64,000 bases of DNA from Dehalococcoidia bacterium (GTDB taxonomy: Bacteria; Chloroflexota; Dehalococcoidia; DSTF01; WHTK01), in NCBI GenBank assembly GCA_009377745.1, contig WHTK01000013.1, positions 1,212 to 65,211 of the forward strand, given 5' to 3'. The position numbers and the translations under genes are program-made. Of this stretch, positions 40,285-49,342 are shown piece after piece (position 1 is the stretch's first letter; every line of letters begins with the position of its first letter). The notes below the pieces were generated by a model. That model was not told the origin of the DNA, searched no databases, and saw nothing but the letters and a program-made list of their open reading frames with translations.

Positions 40285-40337
40285 AGTATGCCGCTACATC
40301 TGGAGCCTGTCAATAGGCCCGCTACCAGATATTGTGG
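40285..40337 (-). promoter_or_regulatory. nrdAB promoter with two tandem NrdR boxes
   Basis: TTGACA-17 nt-CATACT; boxes CCGCTACATCTGGAGC (40291-40306, between -35 and -10) and CCACAATATCTGGTAG (40322-40337), 31 bp apart. Confidence 0.8.
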
Positions 40338-40373
40338 TCAGAAGCGTAACATTTTGACTCGAACGGAGAAGGG

Positions 40374-40952
40374 CTAGATCAGGCCGGCCTCGTGGAAGGC
40401 GCGGAGGCGGAACGGACGAAAGGGATTATCGAGTCCCATCTTCGACAGCGCGTCGGCGGGCGGTAGAAAGACCCGGCCCGTCATCTCGTACTGAGGCTCC
40501 CAGACATTAACGTCTACCGTTACCGTCGCTCGCCAGACCGATCTCACAAGCACCAAGCCCAATTGCGGCCCTTTGACACATTCGCCGCGGTCATAGCCAA
40601 GAAGTGTGGCATCGATGACTGTGGCGCAAGCTTCCTCCCAAACCTCACGTTCGAGCGTGGCGCGCCAGTCCTCATTGCTCTCTGGCCGACCCGCTGGCAA
40701 ATCCCAGTCCTTCTCATTCTTATTAGATACTAGGATGATCTTTCCATCGTCAGTGATGCAAACGCCCGCGGAGCCGTGACGGATGCCATCCGGTGCCGGC
40801 AGGTGAGTCGGGTGCCAAGACGCGAGCCAGTCCTGCCCCCGCGAGTGGACTAGCAACGTCTCACCTGCTGTGGCCATCATGGATGGGTTCGTCACGTCAT
40901 AATTATCCTTCCTGAGAGAATCGAGGGATAGGTGGCTGTACGCTTGGTTCAA
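40374..40952 (-). CDS. NUDIX hydrolase
   Basis: WDLPAGRPESNEDWRATLEREVWEEA Nudix box; start uncertain. Confidence 0.85.
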   Translation of the reverse strand: MNQAYSHLSLDSLRKDNYDVTNPSMMATAGETLLVHSRGQDWLASWHPTHLPAPDGIRHGSAGVCITDDGKIILVSNKNEKDWDLPAGRPESNEDWRATLEREVWEEACATVIDATLLGYDRGECVKGPQLGLVLVRSVWRATVTVDVNVWEPQYEMTGRVFLPPADALSKMGLDNPFRPFRLRAFHEAGLI

Positions 40953-41025
40953 GGAGAGGCTGCAAGCACGCTAGGCATGCTATAAGTCTGCTCATCGACA
41001 CGTCCTCATCGCGAAGGAGCCTCCT

Positions 41026-41742
41026 ATGTCACGCATCCCCCAGATCACCTCCCGCGACGCCGTCTCCCCCGACACCTACCCGATCTTTGACTCGATCGTC
41101 GCCAGCCGCGGCGCCGTGCGCGGGCCCTTCACGGTGCTGATGTACAGCCCGGAGGTCGCGCGCCGCGTCGCCGAGTACGGCGCCTTCGTCCGCTTCGAGT
41201 CGTCTCTCCCCTCCCACCTGCGCGAGGCCGCCGCCACCACGGTCGTGCGTGAGTACGAGTGCGCCTACGAGTGGGCGATGCACAGCGTCTCCGCCCCCGA
41301 GGCCGGCGTCAGCCCCGCCACGATGGCCGTGATCCGCGACCGCGCCTCGCTTGACTCCCTGCCCTCGGACGAGCAGGCCGTCATCCGCTACGCCCGCGAG
41401 CTGGTCGCCACCCACCACGTCACGGACGACACCTTCGCCGCCGTCCACGCCATCCTCGGCGACAAGGGCACGGCGGAACTGACGGCTGCCATCGGCTACT
41501 ACTGCGCTATTGGCTGCGTCCTCAACGCCCTCGAGGTGCCGGCCCCGGAGGGCCCCACCCCTCCCCTGCCCGGAGGGCCCCACCCCTCCCCTGCCCTGAG
41601 GCCCCACCCCTCCCACCACCCCCTGGCATACGGGCAAACGGGGCAAACGGGCAAACGGGCAAACGGGCAAAGTGCCACCATATTTCCAGCGCCATCTGTC
41701 GTTGCGAGCCATCGCCGACAGGCGAGGCGTGGCAACCTTTGA
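41026..41742 (+). CDS. Carboxymuconolactone decarboxylase/AhpD-like protein; C-terminus extended by repeats
   Basis: AAGGAG SD; GPFTVLMYSPE, LREAA, YEWAMH, ELTAAIGYY; the natural end is probably near 41599. Confidence 0.85.
   Translation: MSRIPQITSRDAVSPDTYPIFDSIVASRGAVRGPFTVLMYSPEVARRVAEYGAFVRFESSLPSHLREAAATTVVREYECAYEWAMHSVSAPEAGVSPATMAVIRDRASLDSLPSDEQAVIRYARELVATHHVTDDTFAAVHAILGDKGTAELTAAIGYYCAIGCVLNALEVPAPEGPTPPLPGGPHPSPALRPHPSHHPLAYGQTGQTGKRANGQSATIFPAPSVVASHRRQARRGNL
41546..41671 (+). repeat. 25-bp tandem duplication followed by an octamer (GGGCAAAC)n array
   Basis: CGGAGGGCCCCACCCCTCCCCTGCC x2 plus a degenerate third copy; then GGCATACG-GGCAAACG repeats. Confidence 0.85.
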
Positions 41743-41743
41743 C
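41697..41743 (+). repeat. Palindromic intergenic repeat family A, copy 2
   Basis: TGTCGTTGCGAGCCATCGCCGACAGGCGAGGCGTGGCAACCTTTGAC. Confidence 0.85.
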
Positions 41744-41788
41744 GCCCCGTCTGTGCAAACCCCGCTCCATACAGCGGAACCACGTGTT

Positions 41789-41825
41789 CCCTCTCCCTCG
41801 GAGGGAGAGGGTAGGGTGAGGGTGT
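41789..41825 (+). repeat. REP-like repeat family B, copy 1
   Basis: CCCTCTCCCTCGGAGGGAGAGGGTAGGGTGAGGGTGT; second copy at 63391. Confidence 0.85.
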
Positions 41826-41859
41826 AACACTCCCGACCCGAATCCTCACTCCCTACCTG

Positions 41860-42633
41860 CTAGATGTACTCCCACAGGAAATCGATCACCAACCGGTTCC
41901 ACACCTCCGGCTGCTCCCAGTAAGCGCAGTGTCCCGCGCTCTCGATCACCTCGAAGCGGCTGCCCGGCATCCGCTTCGCCAGCGCCCGCATTACCGGCGG
42001 CGGCGCCAGCACGTCCTCATCGGCGGCGATCAACAGCGCCGGTACGCGCATCCCCTCCAACCGCGATAGGGTCAGCGGCTGCCGCAGCGCCTGTCGCGCT
42101 CCGTCGGCCCGGTAGCTGCCCGCCTCCATCGCCAAGAATCGCGCCACGCCCTCGGGGTTCGAGCGCAGATACGTGGCGCCCAGCTCCCGCTCCTCGACCG
42201 GCAGCAGCGCGATCTCCGGCGGCACGTATTGCGCCCGTAGCGCGGTGAACTCCGGGTCCGTCAGGCCGCCAAAGCTGGTCGAAACGACGAGCGCTCGCAT
42301 CGCATCGGGATTGTCGAGAGCGAACTCCAGCGCCCCGAAGCCGCCGTAGGCCTGCGCCACCAGGAAGAACGGCGGCAGCCCCAGCGCCTCCTGGAGTTGC
42401 TCAAGATCACCCGCCATCGACCCCGCCGCGTCCGCGCTGGGCGCCGGCTTCGTCTTGCCGAAGCCGCGCAGGTCATAGGTAATGCAGCGCCACCCCGCGG
42501 CTTTCAACGCCGGCAGCTGTTCGACCCAGCACTCGCTGCTGCCGGCCGCGCCGTGCATCAGCACCACGACCGGCCCCTCGCCGCCCGTGTCCTCGTACCA
42601 GACCGCCGCCGAATCGATGTCGACGTATGCCAT
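41860..42633 (-). CDS. Alpha/beta fold hydrolase (nucleophile position atypical)
   Basis: VLMHGAAGS, YDLRGFG, VAQAYGG (Ala where Ser is usual), AGHCAYWEQP. Confidence 0.85.
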   Translation of the reverse strand: MAYVDIDSAAVWYEDTGGEGPVVVLMHGAAGSSECWVEQLPALKAAGWRCITYDLRGFGKTKPAPSADAAGSMAGDLEQLQEALGLPPFFLVAQAYGGFGALEFALDNPDAMRALVVSTSFGGLTDPEFTALRAQYVPPEIALLPVEERELGATYLRSNPEGVARFLAMEAGSYRADGARQALRQPLTLSRLEGMRVPALLIAADEDVLAPPPVMRALAKRMPGSRFEVIESAGHCAYWEQPEVWNRLVIDFLWEYI

Positions 42634-42691
42634 GCGCTGAGTATAGGTGCGCCCCTCGCCATCCCGCCGCATCTGAAATAAGCTACGGGCG

Positions 42692-44305
42692 ATGCTCACG
42701 CCCCTCGAAACCCTGCAACTCTACGAGTCCCACGACGGCACAATCGCCGGCGTTCTGGCTTCTCGCGCCAGGACGGACCAATCGCGGCCCTTCCTGCTCT
42801 TCGAGGACGTGGCCTGGACCTGGGGCGAGCTGCAGGACTTCTCGATTTCCGCCTCCCGGATGCTGGTCTCCCGCGGCATCGGCAAAGGCGACCGCGTCGC
42901 CATCATGTCCACCAACAGCGACCTCTTCGTCGCGCTCTTCACAGCCATCGCCCGCATCGGCGCGATCATGGTGCCAGTAAACCCGGACTTCACCGCCGGC
43001 GAAGCCGCCTACGTCCTCAAGCACGCCGGCGTCAGCGCGGTAGCCTGTACCCCTGCAACCCTCAAGGTCGCCCGCGCCGCCGCCCGCGAAGTCGCCCCCG
43101 TCCCCTGGTTGATGCTCCTCGATGGCGCCGCCGAGGGCCTGCCCAACCTCCGCGACCTCGCCGCCGCTGCGCCTGAGACGCCTCTACCCGCGGACATCAC
43201 CGCCGAAGACACCTGCCTCATCGTCTACACCTCCGGGACCACCGGTTTCCCCAAGGGCGCGATGCACTCCCAGCGCGCCCTCGTCCTCACCGGTGAGGGA
43301 TTCGTCGAGCGCCTCCGCCTCCAGCCTACCGACCGCCTGCTCTGCATCCTGCCCCTCTTCCACATCAACGCCATCTTCTACTCGCTCTGCGGCGCCCTCG
43401 CTGCCGGCGCTTCGCTGGTGCTGACGCCGCGATTCAGCGCTTCCGGCTTCTGGCCCCTGATCAAGAAGTCCGGCGCCACCCAGGTCAACATCATCGCCGC
43501 CGTCGGCAGCATCCTCGCCCGCCGCCCCCGCTCCGAGCTCGTCCCCGGCCACGGTCTGCAGAAGCTCTACGGCTCCGGTACCCCCGAGGACGTCTACAAG
43601 GTCTTCGAGACCGAATTCGGCGTCACCCAGCTCGTCGAGGGCTACGGCATGACCGAGGTACCCGGCGCCTGCAACACCTCGATAGTCGATGGCCGCCGAG
43701 CCGGTAGCATGGGCAAGGCCGCCCGCCATCCCGACCCCGATATGCCTTTCGCCGAGCTACGCGTCGTTGATGACGATGGCAACGACGTAGCGCCGGGCGT
43801 CGTCGGCGAGCTCATCGTCCGCATCCCCACCGTCATGCAGGGCTACTACCGTGACCCGGAGCAGACCGCCGCCGCCTTCCGCGATGGCTGGTTCCTCACC
43901 GGCGACCTGGTCCGCCGCGATGACGACGGCTTTCACTATTTCGTCTCCCGCAAAAAGGACATCATCCGCCGCCGCGGCGAGAACGTCTCCGGCGCTGAGA
44001 TCGACCGCATCGTCGGCCAGCACCCCGGCGTGGCTGAGGCCGCCGCCCTCGCAGTCCCTTCCGATCTCGGCGAGGACGAGATCCTCGTCGCCGTGATTGC
44101 CGCGTCGGGCGCCTCTCCCGCCGCCTCGGAGATCGCTGCCTGGTGCGCCCAGCGGCTCGCGCCCGCCAAGGTACCGCGCTACATTGCTTACGTGGAATCG
44201 CTGCCGCACACGCCAACCCACCGCGTCGCCAAGTACCAGCTCGATAAGGCCGCGCTTCTCGCCGCCGCTATCGACCTGCAGGCTCCGGCGCCGAAGGCTA
44301 CCTGA
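42692..44305 (+). CDS. ATP-dependent acyl-CoA ligase (CaiC-like)
   Basis: YTSGTTGFPKG, EGYGMTE, WFLTGD, RKKDIIRRRGENVS. Confidence 0.92.
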   Translation: MLTPLETLQLYESHDGTIAGVLASRARTDQSRPFLLFEDVAWTWGELQDFSISASRMLVSRGIGKGDRVAIMSTNSDLFVALFTAIARIGAIMVPVNPDFTAGEAAYVLKHAGVSAVACTPATLKVARAAAREVAPVPWLMLLDGAAEGLPNLRDLAAAAPETPLPADITAEDTCLIVYTSGTTGFPKGAMHSQRALVLTGEGFVERLRLQPTDRLLCILPLFHINAIFYSLCGALAAGASLVLTPRFSASGFWPLIKKSGATQVNIIAAVGSILARRPRSELVPGHGLQKLYGSGTPEDVYKVFETEFGVTQLVEGYGMTEVPGACNTSIVDGRRAGSMGKAARHPDPDMPFAELRVVDDDGNDVAPGVVGELIVRIPTVMQGYYRDPEQTAAAFRDGWFLTGDLVRRDDDGFHYFVSRKKDIIRRRGENVSGAEIDRIVGQHPGVAEAAALAVPSDLGEDEILVAVIAASGASPAASEIAAWCAQRLAPAKVPRYIAYVESLPHTPTHRVAKYQLDKAALLAAAIDLQAPAPKAT

Positions 44306-45510
44306 TGCCTGCCGTCTTCATCTGCGACGCCATCCGCACCCCCTTCGGCCGCTACGGTGGCGGCCTCTCCGCCGTCCGCACCGACGATCTCGCCGCCATC
44401 CCGATCCGGGCCCTCATCGATCGCAATCCCGGTCTCGATCCCGGCGCCATCGATGACGTGGTCTATGGCTGCGCCAACCAGGCCGGCGAAGACAACCGCA
44501 ACGTTGCCCGCATGGCGCTGCTGCTGGCCGGCCTGCCCCAGACCGTCCCCGGCGCGACCGTCAACCGCCTCTGCGGCTCCGGCATGGACGCCGTCCTCAC
44601 TGCTGCCCGCGTCATCGAGACCGGCGCCGCCGACGTGATGATCGCCGGCGGCGTCGAAAGCATGTCGCGCGCCCCTTACGTCATAGGCAAGGCGGACGCG
44701 GCTTTCTCCCGCGGCCTCAAGATCGAGGACACGACCTTGGGCTGGCGCTTTGTCAATCCAAAGATGCTCAAGCAATACGGCACGGACAGCACCGCCGAGA
44801 CCGCCGAGAACGTCGCCGAAGACTTCAGCGTCTCCCGTGAGGACCAGGACGCCTTCGCCCTGCGCAGCCATCAGCGCGCCGTCGCCGCTATGGGCGCCGG
44901 TCTCCTCGCCGAGGAGATCGTCCCGGTCAGCCTCCCCCAGCGCCGCGGCGACCCTGTCAGCGTCTCCCGCGACGAGCAGGCCCGCGCCGCCACCAGCCTC
45001 GATGCTCTCGGCAACCTCCCGGCCATTGTCAAACCTGACGGCTCCGTCACCGCCGGCAACGCCTCCGGCATCAACGATGGCGCTGCCGCCCTCCTCCTCG
45101 CCACCGAGGCCGCCGCCGCCCGCTATGGTCTGACGCCGCGCGCCCGCATCCTCGGCGGCGCTGTCGCCGGCGTGGCGCCGCGGATCATGGGCATGGGCCC
45201 CGTGCCGGCTACCCAGAAGCTCCTGCCGCGTCTCGGGCTCACTATCGGCCAGATCGACATCATCGAGCTCAACGAGGCCTTCGCCTCCCAGGTTTTGGCC
45301 TGCCTGCGCGAATTCGGCATTCCGGACGATGCGCCCTTCGTCAACCCCAACGGCGGGGCTATCGCGCTTGGACACCCCCTCGGCGCAAGCGGCGCCCGCC
45401 TCCTGACAACAGCGACCTACCAGCTACAGCGCAGCCGTGGCCGCCACGCCCTCTGCACCATGTGTATCGGCGTTGGCCAGGGCATCGCCACGGTCATCGA
45501 GCGCGTCTAG
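44305..45510 (+). CDS. pcaF: 3-oxoadipyl-CoA thiolase (PcaF/PaaJ)
   Basis: GCANQAGEDNRNVARM, NRLCGSG, NEAFA, GHPLGASG, MCIGVGQG. Confidence 0.88.
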   Translation: MPAVFICDAIRTPFGRYGGGLSAVRTDDLAAIPIRALIDRNPGLDPGAIDDVVYGCANQAGEDNRNVARMALLLAGLPQTVPGATVNRLCGSGMDAVLTAARVIETGAADVMIAGGVESMSRAPYVIGKADAAFSRGLKIEDTTLGWRFVNPKMLKQYGTDSTAETAENVAEDFSVSREDQDAFALRSHQRAVAAMGAGLLAEEIVPVSLPQRRGDPVSVSRDEQARAATSLDALGNLPAIVKPDGSVTAGNASGINDGAAALLLATEAAAARYGLTPRARILGGAVAGVAPRIMGMGPVPATQKLLPRLGLTIGQIDIIELNEAFASQVLACLREFGIPDDAPFVNPNGGAIALGHPLGASGARLLTTATYQLQRSRGRHALCTMCIGVGQGIATVIERV

Positions 45511-45520
45511 ATTCCCCACA

Positions 45521-45568
45521 TGTCGTTGCGAGCCATCGCCGCTAGGCGAGGCGCGGCAACCTTTGACC
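45521..45568 (+). repeat. Palindromic intergenic repeat family A, copy 3
   Basis: TGTCGTTGCGAGCCATCGCCGCTAGGCGAGGCGCGGCAACCTTTGAC. Confidence 0.85.
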
Positions 45569-45711
45569 TTTCGTCGCCTGTACAACCTCACGGAGCTTGG
45601 GATCAGCTCGGCGCGTTAACGCCAGTGCTTAACCCAACCTTAACTCCCCGATCACGATCCCTAAGAACCCTTAACCGCCCGTTAAATCGCCCGCTCTAGC
45701 CTATACGTGTA

Positions 45712-45966
45712 ATGCGGAGTTCAGTCGAGCACAACGAGCCAACCGGCTTCGAGACTGTGTACCAGGGCGAGACCGTGGTCCTCACCCCTAGGCGTCGCCC
45801 ACGCTGGCGCCGCTGGCTCCAGAGCGTTGGCGCGGCAATCGAGTGCGTTGGCTATCTGGATGCGGACGCCCGCGGCCTGGATCCGCTCGATGCCTGGACC
45901 GGGGAGCGCTACGTCCCACCCGCGCCCAAACGCATTAAGCCTGACCAGTCCAAAGAGGAAGAGTAA
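45712..45966 (+). CDS. Hypothetical protein (possibly leaderless)
   Basis: 84-aa ORF; TATACG -10-like hexamer just upstream of the ATG, no SD. Confidence 0.45.
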   Translation: MRSSVEHNEPTGFETVYQGETVVLTPRRRPRWRRWLQSVGAAIECVGYLDADARGLDPLDAWTGERYVPPAPKRIKPDQSKEEE

Positions 45967-46320
45967 CGGTGTCACTCGGACCAGAGGACATCGATCCCGA
46001 GACGCCTAGCCGTCGCGGGCCAGCATCGTCGCGGTCGTGAAGACGGCGCCGGAAGGCTCTCGCGTCGCCGGCGCCTAGCACAGTTTGTCCTAATCTCGGG
46101 GGTCGTCTTCGGCGGGAGACGGCCCTCTTCCTATCTCGCGTATGTCAGGCCGGTCCGCTATTCGTTGCAACTGCGACAGGGTGGTATCATCGCTTTTGCC
46201 TAAACCGGAACGCCGGTTCAGGCGACGCTCCAGAGGGCTTGCGGAGCGCCACGGCCCCAACCAAAATGCTCTAAAGGGGGCTGCTGGCCCTCGCCAATTA
46301 GATGCCGGGGTGATGAACCG

Positions 46321-46992
46321 ATGCCTGCTCGTCTTCTTCTAGCCGTCGACTACGCCATGCCGCCGGACGCCTTCGCCGCCTGCCGCGAGCTTTGCGCCAC
46401 GGTAGCCACTTCTCTGGGCGAGCCCGTCTATCTCGCCTCCATGGACAGCAGCGGCATGGACGAAGTAGGTCTCCTGGCCTTCGACAAGGCCGGCGTCGGC
46501 ATCGAGCAGGTCCTGCCCAAGGTCGCCGCCTCCGCCGCGCCAATGGCCGCTGCCCCCTTCATCTACCGCGACGACGGTAAGCCGGACTGGAGCGCCATGT
46601 GGACCACCTTCTGCGAGCTGGCGCTCTACGGCGGCCCGCCCCATCGCGGCTCTGACGATCCGGTCTTCGTCACCGATGATGTCCTCCCGGCCGAAGCGGA
46701 CGCCGAAGCGATCGCGGAGATCCAGCGTGGCATTACGGAGACCACCGGCCTCACCGCCGAGCTCGCCGAGCCAGGCTGGCTCTCGATCCGCTGCGACTCC
46801 AAGCGCATGGCTGCCTGGATGTGCGCCGCCATCATCCTCGAGAACGTTGACGCCCGCTGCGACGAGGAGACCCTCTACGTTCCCGCCGCGGCCGGCTTCG
46901 AGCTCAAGAACCAGGTCAAGAGCGTCATCACCGTCGCCGCCAAGGTGCATCACTACTGGCAAGCCCACCTCGACGGCCAGACGGCGAAGTAG
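46321..46992 (+). CDS. Uncharacterised protein with conserved-looking Cys/His motifs
   Basis: Strong GC3 codon bias; DWSAMWTTFCELALYGGPPHRG, AIILENV, KVHHYWQAH. I recall this segment fused to CbiX-type chelatases (unverified). Confidence 0.7.
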   Translation: MPARLLLAVDYAMPPDAFAACRELCATVATSLGEPVYLASMDSSGMDEVGLLAFDKAGVGIEQVLPKVAASAAPMAAAPFIYRDDGKPDWSAMWTTFCELALYGGPPHRGSDDPVFVTDDVLPAEADAEAIAEIQRGITETTGLTAELAEPGWLSIRCDSKRMAAWMCAAIILENVDARCDEETLYVPAAAGFELKNQVKSVITVAAKVHHYWQAHLDGQTAK

Positions 46993-47108
46993 ACCGCAAC
47001 CCGGCTGATACGCCTCTCACCGTCACGTCGGCTCGGCTGCAACGTCCTTCTTGCTTCAATACGAGAGACATCGGCCCGACTAGGCGCTAAGCCTCCGAGG
47101 ACTAGGTC

Positions 47109-47136
47109 AGAGGGCGGCTCGCAAGAGCCGCCCTCT
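47109..47136. terminator. GC-rich hairpin, probable terminator
   Basis: AGAGGGCGGCTC-GCAA-GAGCCGCCCTCT. Confidence 0.55.
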
Positions 47137-47293
47137 CTAAGTTACCGTGCTTGCGATTCCAGCGCTTCGTTGCAATGTGTCTGCCGCGCGCCTTCCTAAG
47201 CTTGACGCGCTTTGCCTGCGGAGCAATGATCCCGTCGAAACAGGTTTGAGCCTCTCCGATGGCGGGGCAATCGAGAGACAAGGAGCGCAAAAC

Positions 47294-48400
47294 ATGACTC
47301 AGGTACTGGCTGCCGTCAAGGTGGACGCGGGACGCATGGAGGTCCGTGAATTCCCCGAACCAGAGGTCGCCGAAGATAGCGCCATCCTCAAAGTCGAAGC
47401 CGCGGGCATGTGCGGCGCTTACGAGGGCTTCAAGGGCCCCAACCGTCGCGGCAACCAGGTCATCCTCGGCCACGAGAACGCCGGTGTAATCTACAAGGCC
47501 GGCCGCATCTTCAAGGAGCGCAACGGCGTCACCGAGGGTGACCTCGTGGCGCTGGAAGAGTACATCCCTTGCATGCACTGCGAATGGTGCCGCATCGGCG
47601 AGTACCGTCACTGCTGGGAGTGCGACTCCCACAACAATCCGGCGCCCGCCCGCTTCGGCGGCATGTCGATCACGGCTGAGCCCTTCCTCTGGGGCGGCTA
47701 CTCCCAGCTAATGTACCTGCCGCCCAACTCCATCCTTCACAAGCTGCCCTCCCACGTCACGGCCGACGAAGCCGCCCTCGCCCTGCCGATCGGCAACGGC
47801 GTCCAGTGGGCCCATGTCGAAGGCGAGGCCGGCCCCGGCAAGACCATCGTCATCCAGGGTCCCGGCCCCAAGGGCCTCGGCTGTACCCTGGCCTCGAAGA
47901 TCTTTGGCGCCTCCTGCATCATCGTCACCGGTCTCACCAAGGACGCGCCGCGCCTCGAAGCCGCGAAGAGCCTGGGCGCCGATTTCACCATCGACGTCCA
48001 GAAGAACGACTTCACCAGCGCCATCAAGGAAATCGTCGGTGAGCGTGGCGTTGACGCCGTCGTCGATTGCACTTCCAGCCACAACCCGGTCATCTTCACC
48101 CAGTCGATCGACATCATGAAGCGGCGCGGCGGCATCATCGTCACCCAAAACTATGACCTGCCGAACTTCTCCCTCAGCCAGCTGACCGGCAAGTACATCA
48201 CCCTTCGGGCCTGCCGCGGCCACAGCTACGCCAGCGTCGCCACCGGCCTGGAGTGGATCGCCTCCGGCAAGTACCCGCTCAAGGAGCTGCTGACCCACCG
48301 CTACCCGCTGGCCCAGTCCGATGTCGCCTGCCTCACCTCCGGCGGCGAGGGCGAAGGCGCCGAGGACGCGGTCTCGGTGATGATCAACCCCTGGATGTAG
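47294..48400 (+). CDS. Zinc-dependent alcohol dehydrogenase (MDR family)
   Basis: AAGGAG SD; GMCG, ILGHE, CMHCEWCRIGEYRHC, QGPGPKG. Confidence 0.92.
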   Translation: MTQVLAAVKVDAGRMEVREFPEPEVAEDSAILKVEAAGMCGAYEGFKGPNRRGNQVILGHENAGVIYKAGRIFKERNGVTEGDLVALEEYIPCMHCEWCRIGEYRHCWECDSHNNPAPARFGGMSITAEPFLWGGYSQLMYLPPNSILHKLPSHVTADEAALALPIGNGVQWAHVEGEAGPGKTIVIQGPGPKGLGCTLASKIFGASCIIVTGLTKDAPRLEAAKSLGADFTIDVQKNDFTSAIKEIVGERGVDAVVDCTSSHNPVIFTQSIDIMKRRGGIIVTQNYDLPNFSLSQLTGKYITLRACRGHSYASVATGLEWIASGKYPLKELLTHRYPLAQSDVACLTSGGEGEGAEDAVSVMINPWM

Positions 48401-48425
48401 CGACTGAGCTTCCGCTCCTGCCTCA

Positions 48426-48461
48426 ACCGGCAGCCCGGCTTCGGCTCGGCTGCCGGTTTTT
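48426..48461 (+). terminator. Intrinsic terminator
   Basis: AACCGGCAGCC...GGCTGCCGGTT followed by a T-run. Confidence 0.7.
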
Positions 48462-48548
48462 GCCCTGTGCGCCATGCCTATGAGTCGCCCCGCGTCCGTA
48501 TAATCGGGACGGCAGTATCAAAGGCCGTTTAGCTCAGAGGAGTAATCC

Positions 48549-49342
48549 GTGGCGCTTCCCTTCGAAGGCAAGGTGGCTCTTGTCACCGGCAGCTCGCGCG
48601 GTATCGGCAAGGCCATTGCGCTCCAGCTCGCTGACGATGGCGCCGGCATCGTCGTCTGCGCCCGCAGCGAGGTCTCGACCGAAGACCTGCCCGGCTCCAT
48701 CGGCGAGACCGCTGCCGCCATCCGCGAGAAAGGCCGGCGCGCCCTCGCCCTCAAGGTCGACGTCTCCGAGGACGCCGATCTTCACGCCGCCATCGACGCC
48801 ACCCTGCGCGAGTTTGGGCGCATCGACATCCTGGTCAACAACGCCGGCGTGATCAGCGGCGACGCCTTCCTCGGCGGCGAGGCGGCAACTCTGGACGACT
48901 TTTACCGCACCAACGCCGCGCGCCCTACGTCCTGGCCCAGCTCGCCGCGCCCCACATGGTGCAGCAGGGCGGCGGCGTCATCGTCAATATCTCCTCCGGC
49001 GCCGCCCGCCATCCAGCGCCGCCGGCCCCTGGCGAGGCGCCTCGCGCCCGTCCCAACGGCTCCGGCCTCGTCTACGGCATGTCCAAGGCCGCCCTCGACC
49101 GCATGGGCGCCGGCATCGCCGCTGAGCTCTTCGACAAGAACATCGCTTCCTTCCAGATCTACCCTGGCTTCACGATCACGGAGCGCAACTCCCGCACCGC
49201 CCGTAGCACCCAGGTCGATCCCTCCCGCGCCGAGCGGCCTGAGACCACCGCGAAGGCCGTCGCCTTCCTCTGCCGCGACCCAATGGCCCACACCGGCCGC
49301 ATCTTCCAATCCCGTCAGGTCGTTGAGGAGAACGGCCTCTAG
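48549..49342 (+). CDS. SDR oxidoreductase with a 1-nt frameshift near 48915 (paralog of 34958)
   Basis: TGSSRGIG and LVNNAG in one frame; VIVNISS and YGMSK in ORF 48956..49342; ACCAACGCCGCGCGCCCTAC versus paralog ACCAACCTGCGCGCGCCCTAC. Confidence 0.82.

Noticed and set aside
41546..41671. Short tandem repeats as a possible CRISPR array
   Set aside because: No unique spacers between repeats and no cas genes
44188..45375. Long antisense ORFs (also 32968-34236, 53256-54347, 61269-62546)
   Set aside because: Shadow ORFs opposite well-supported high-GC genes
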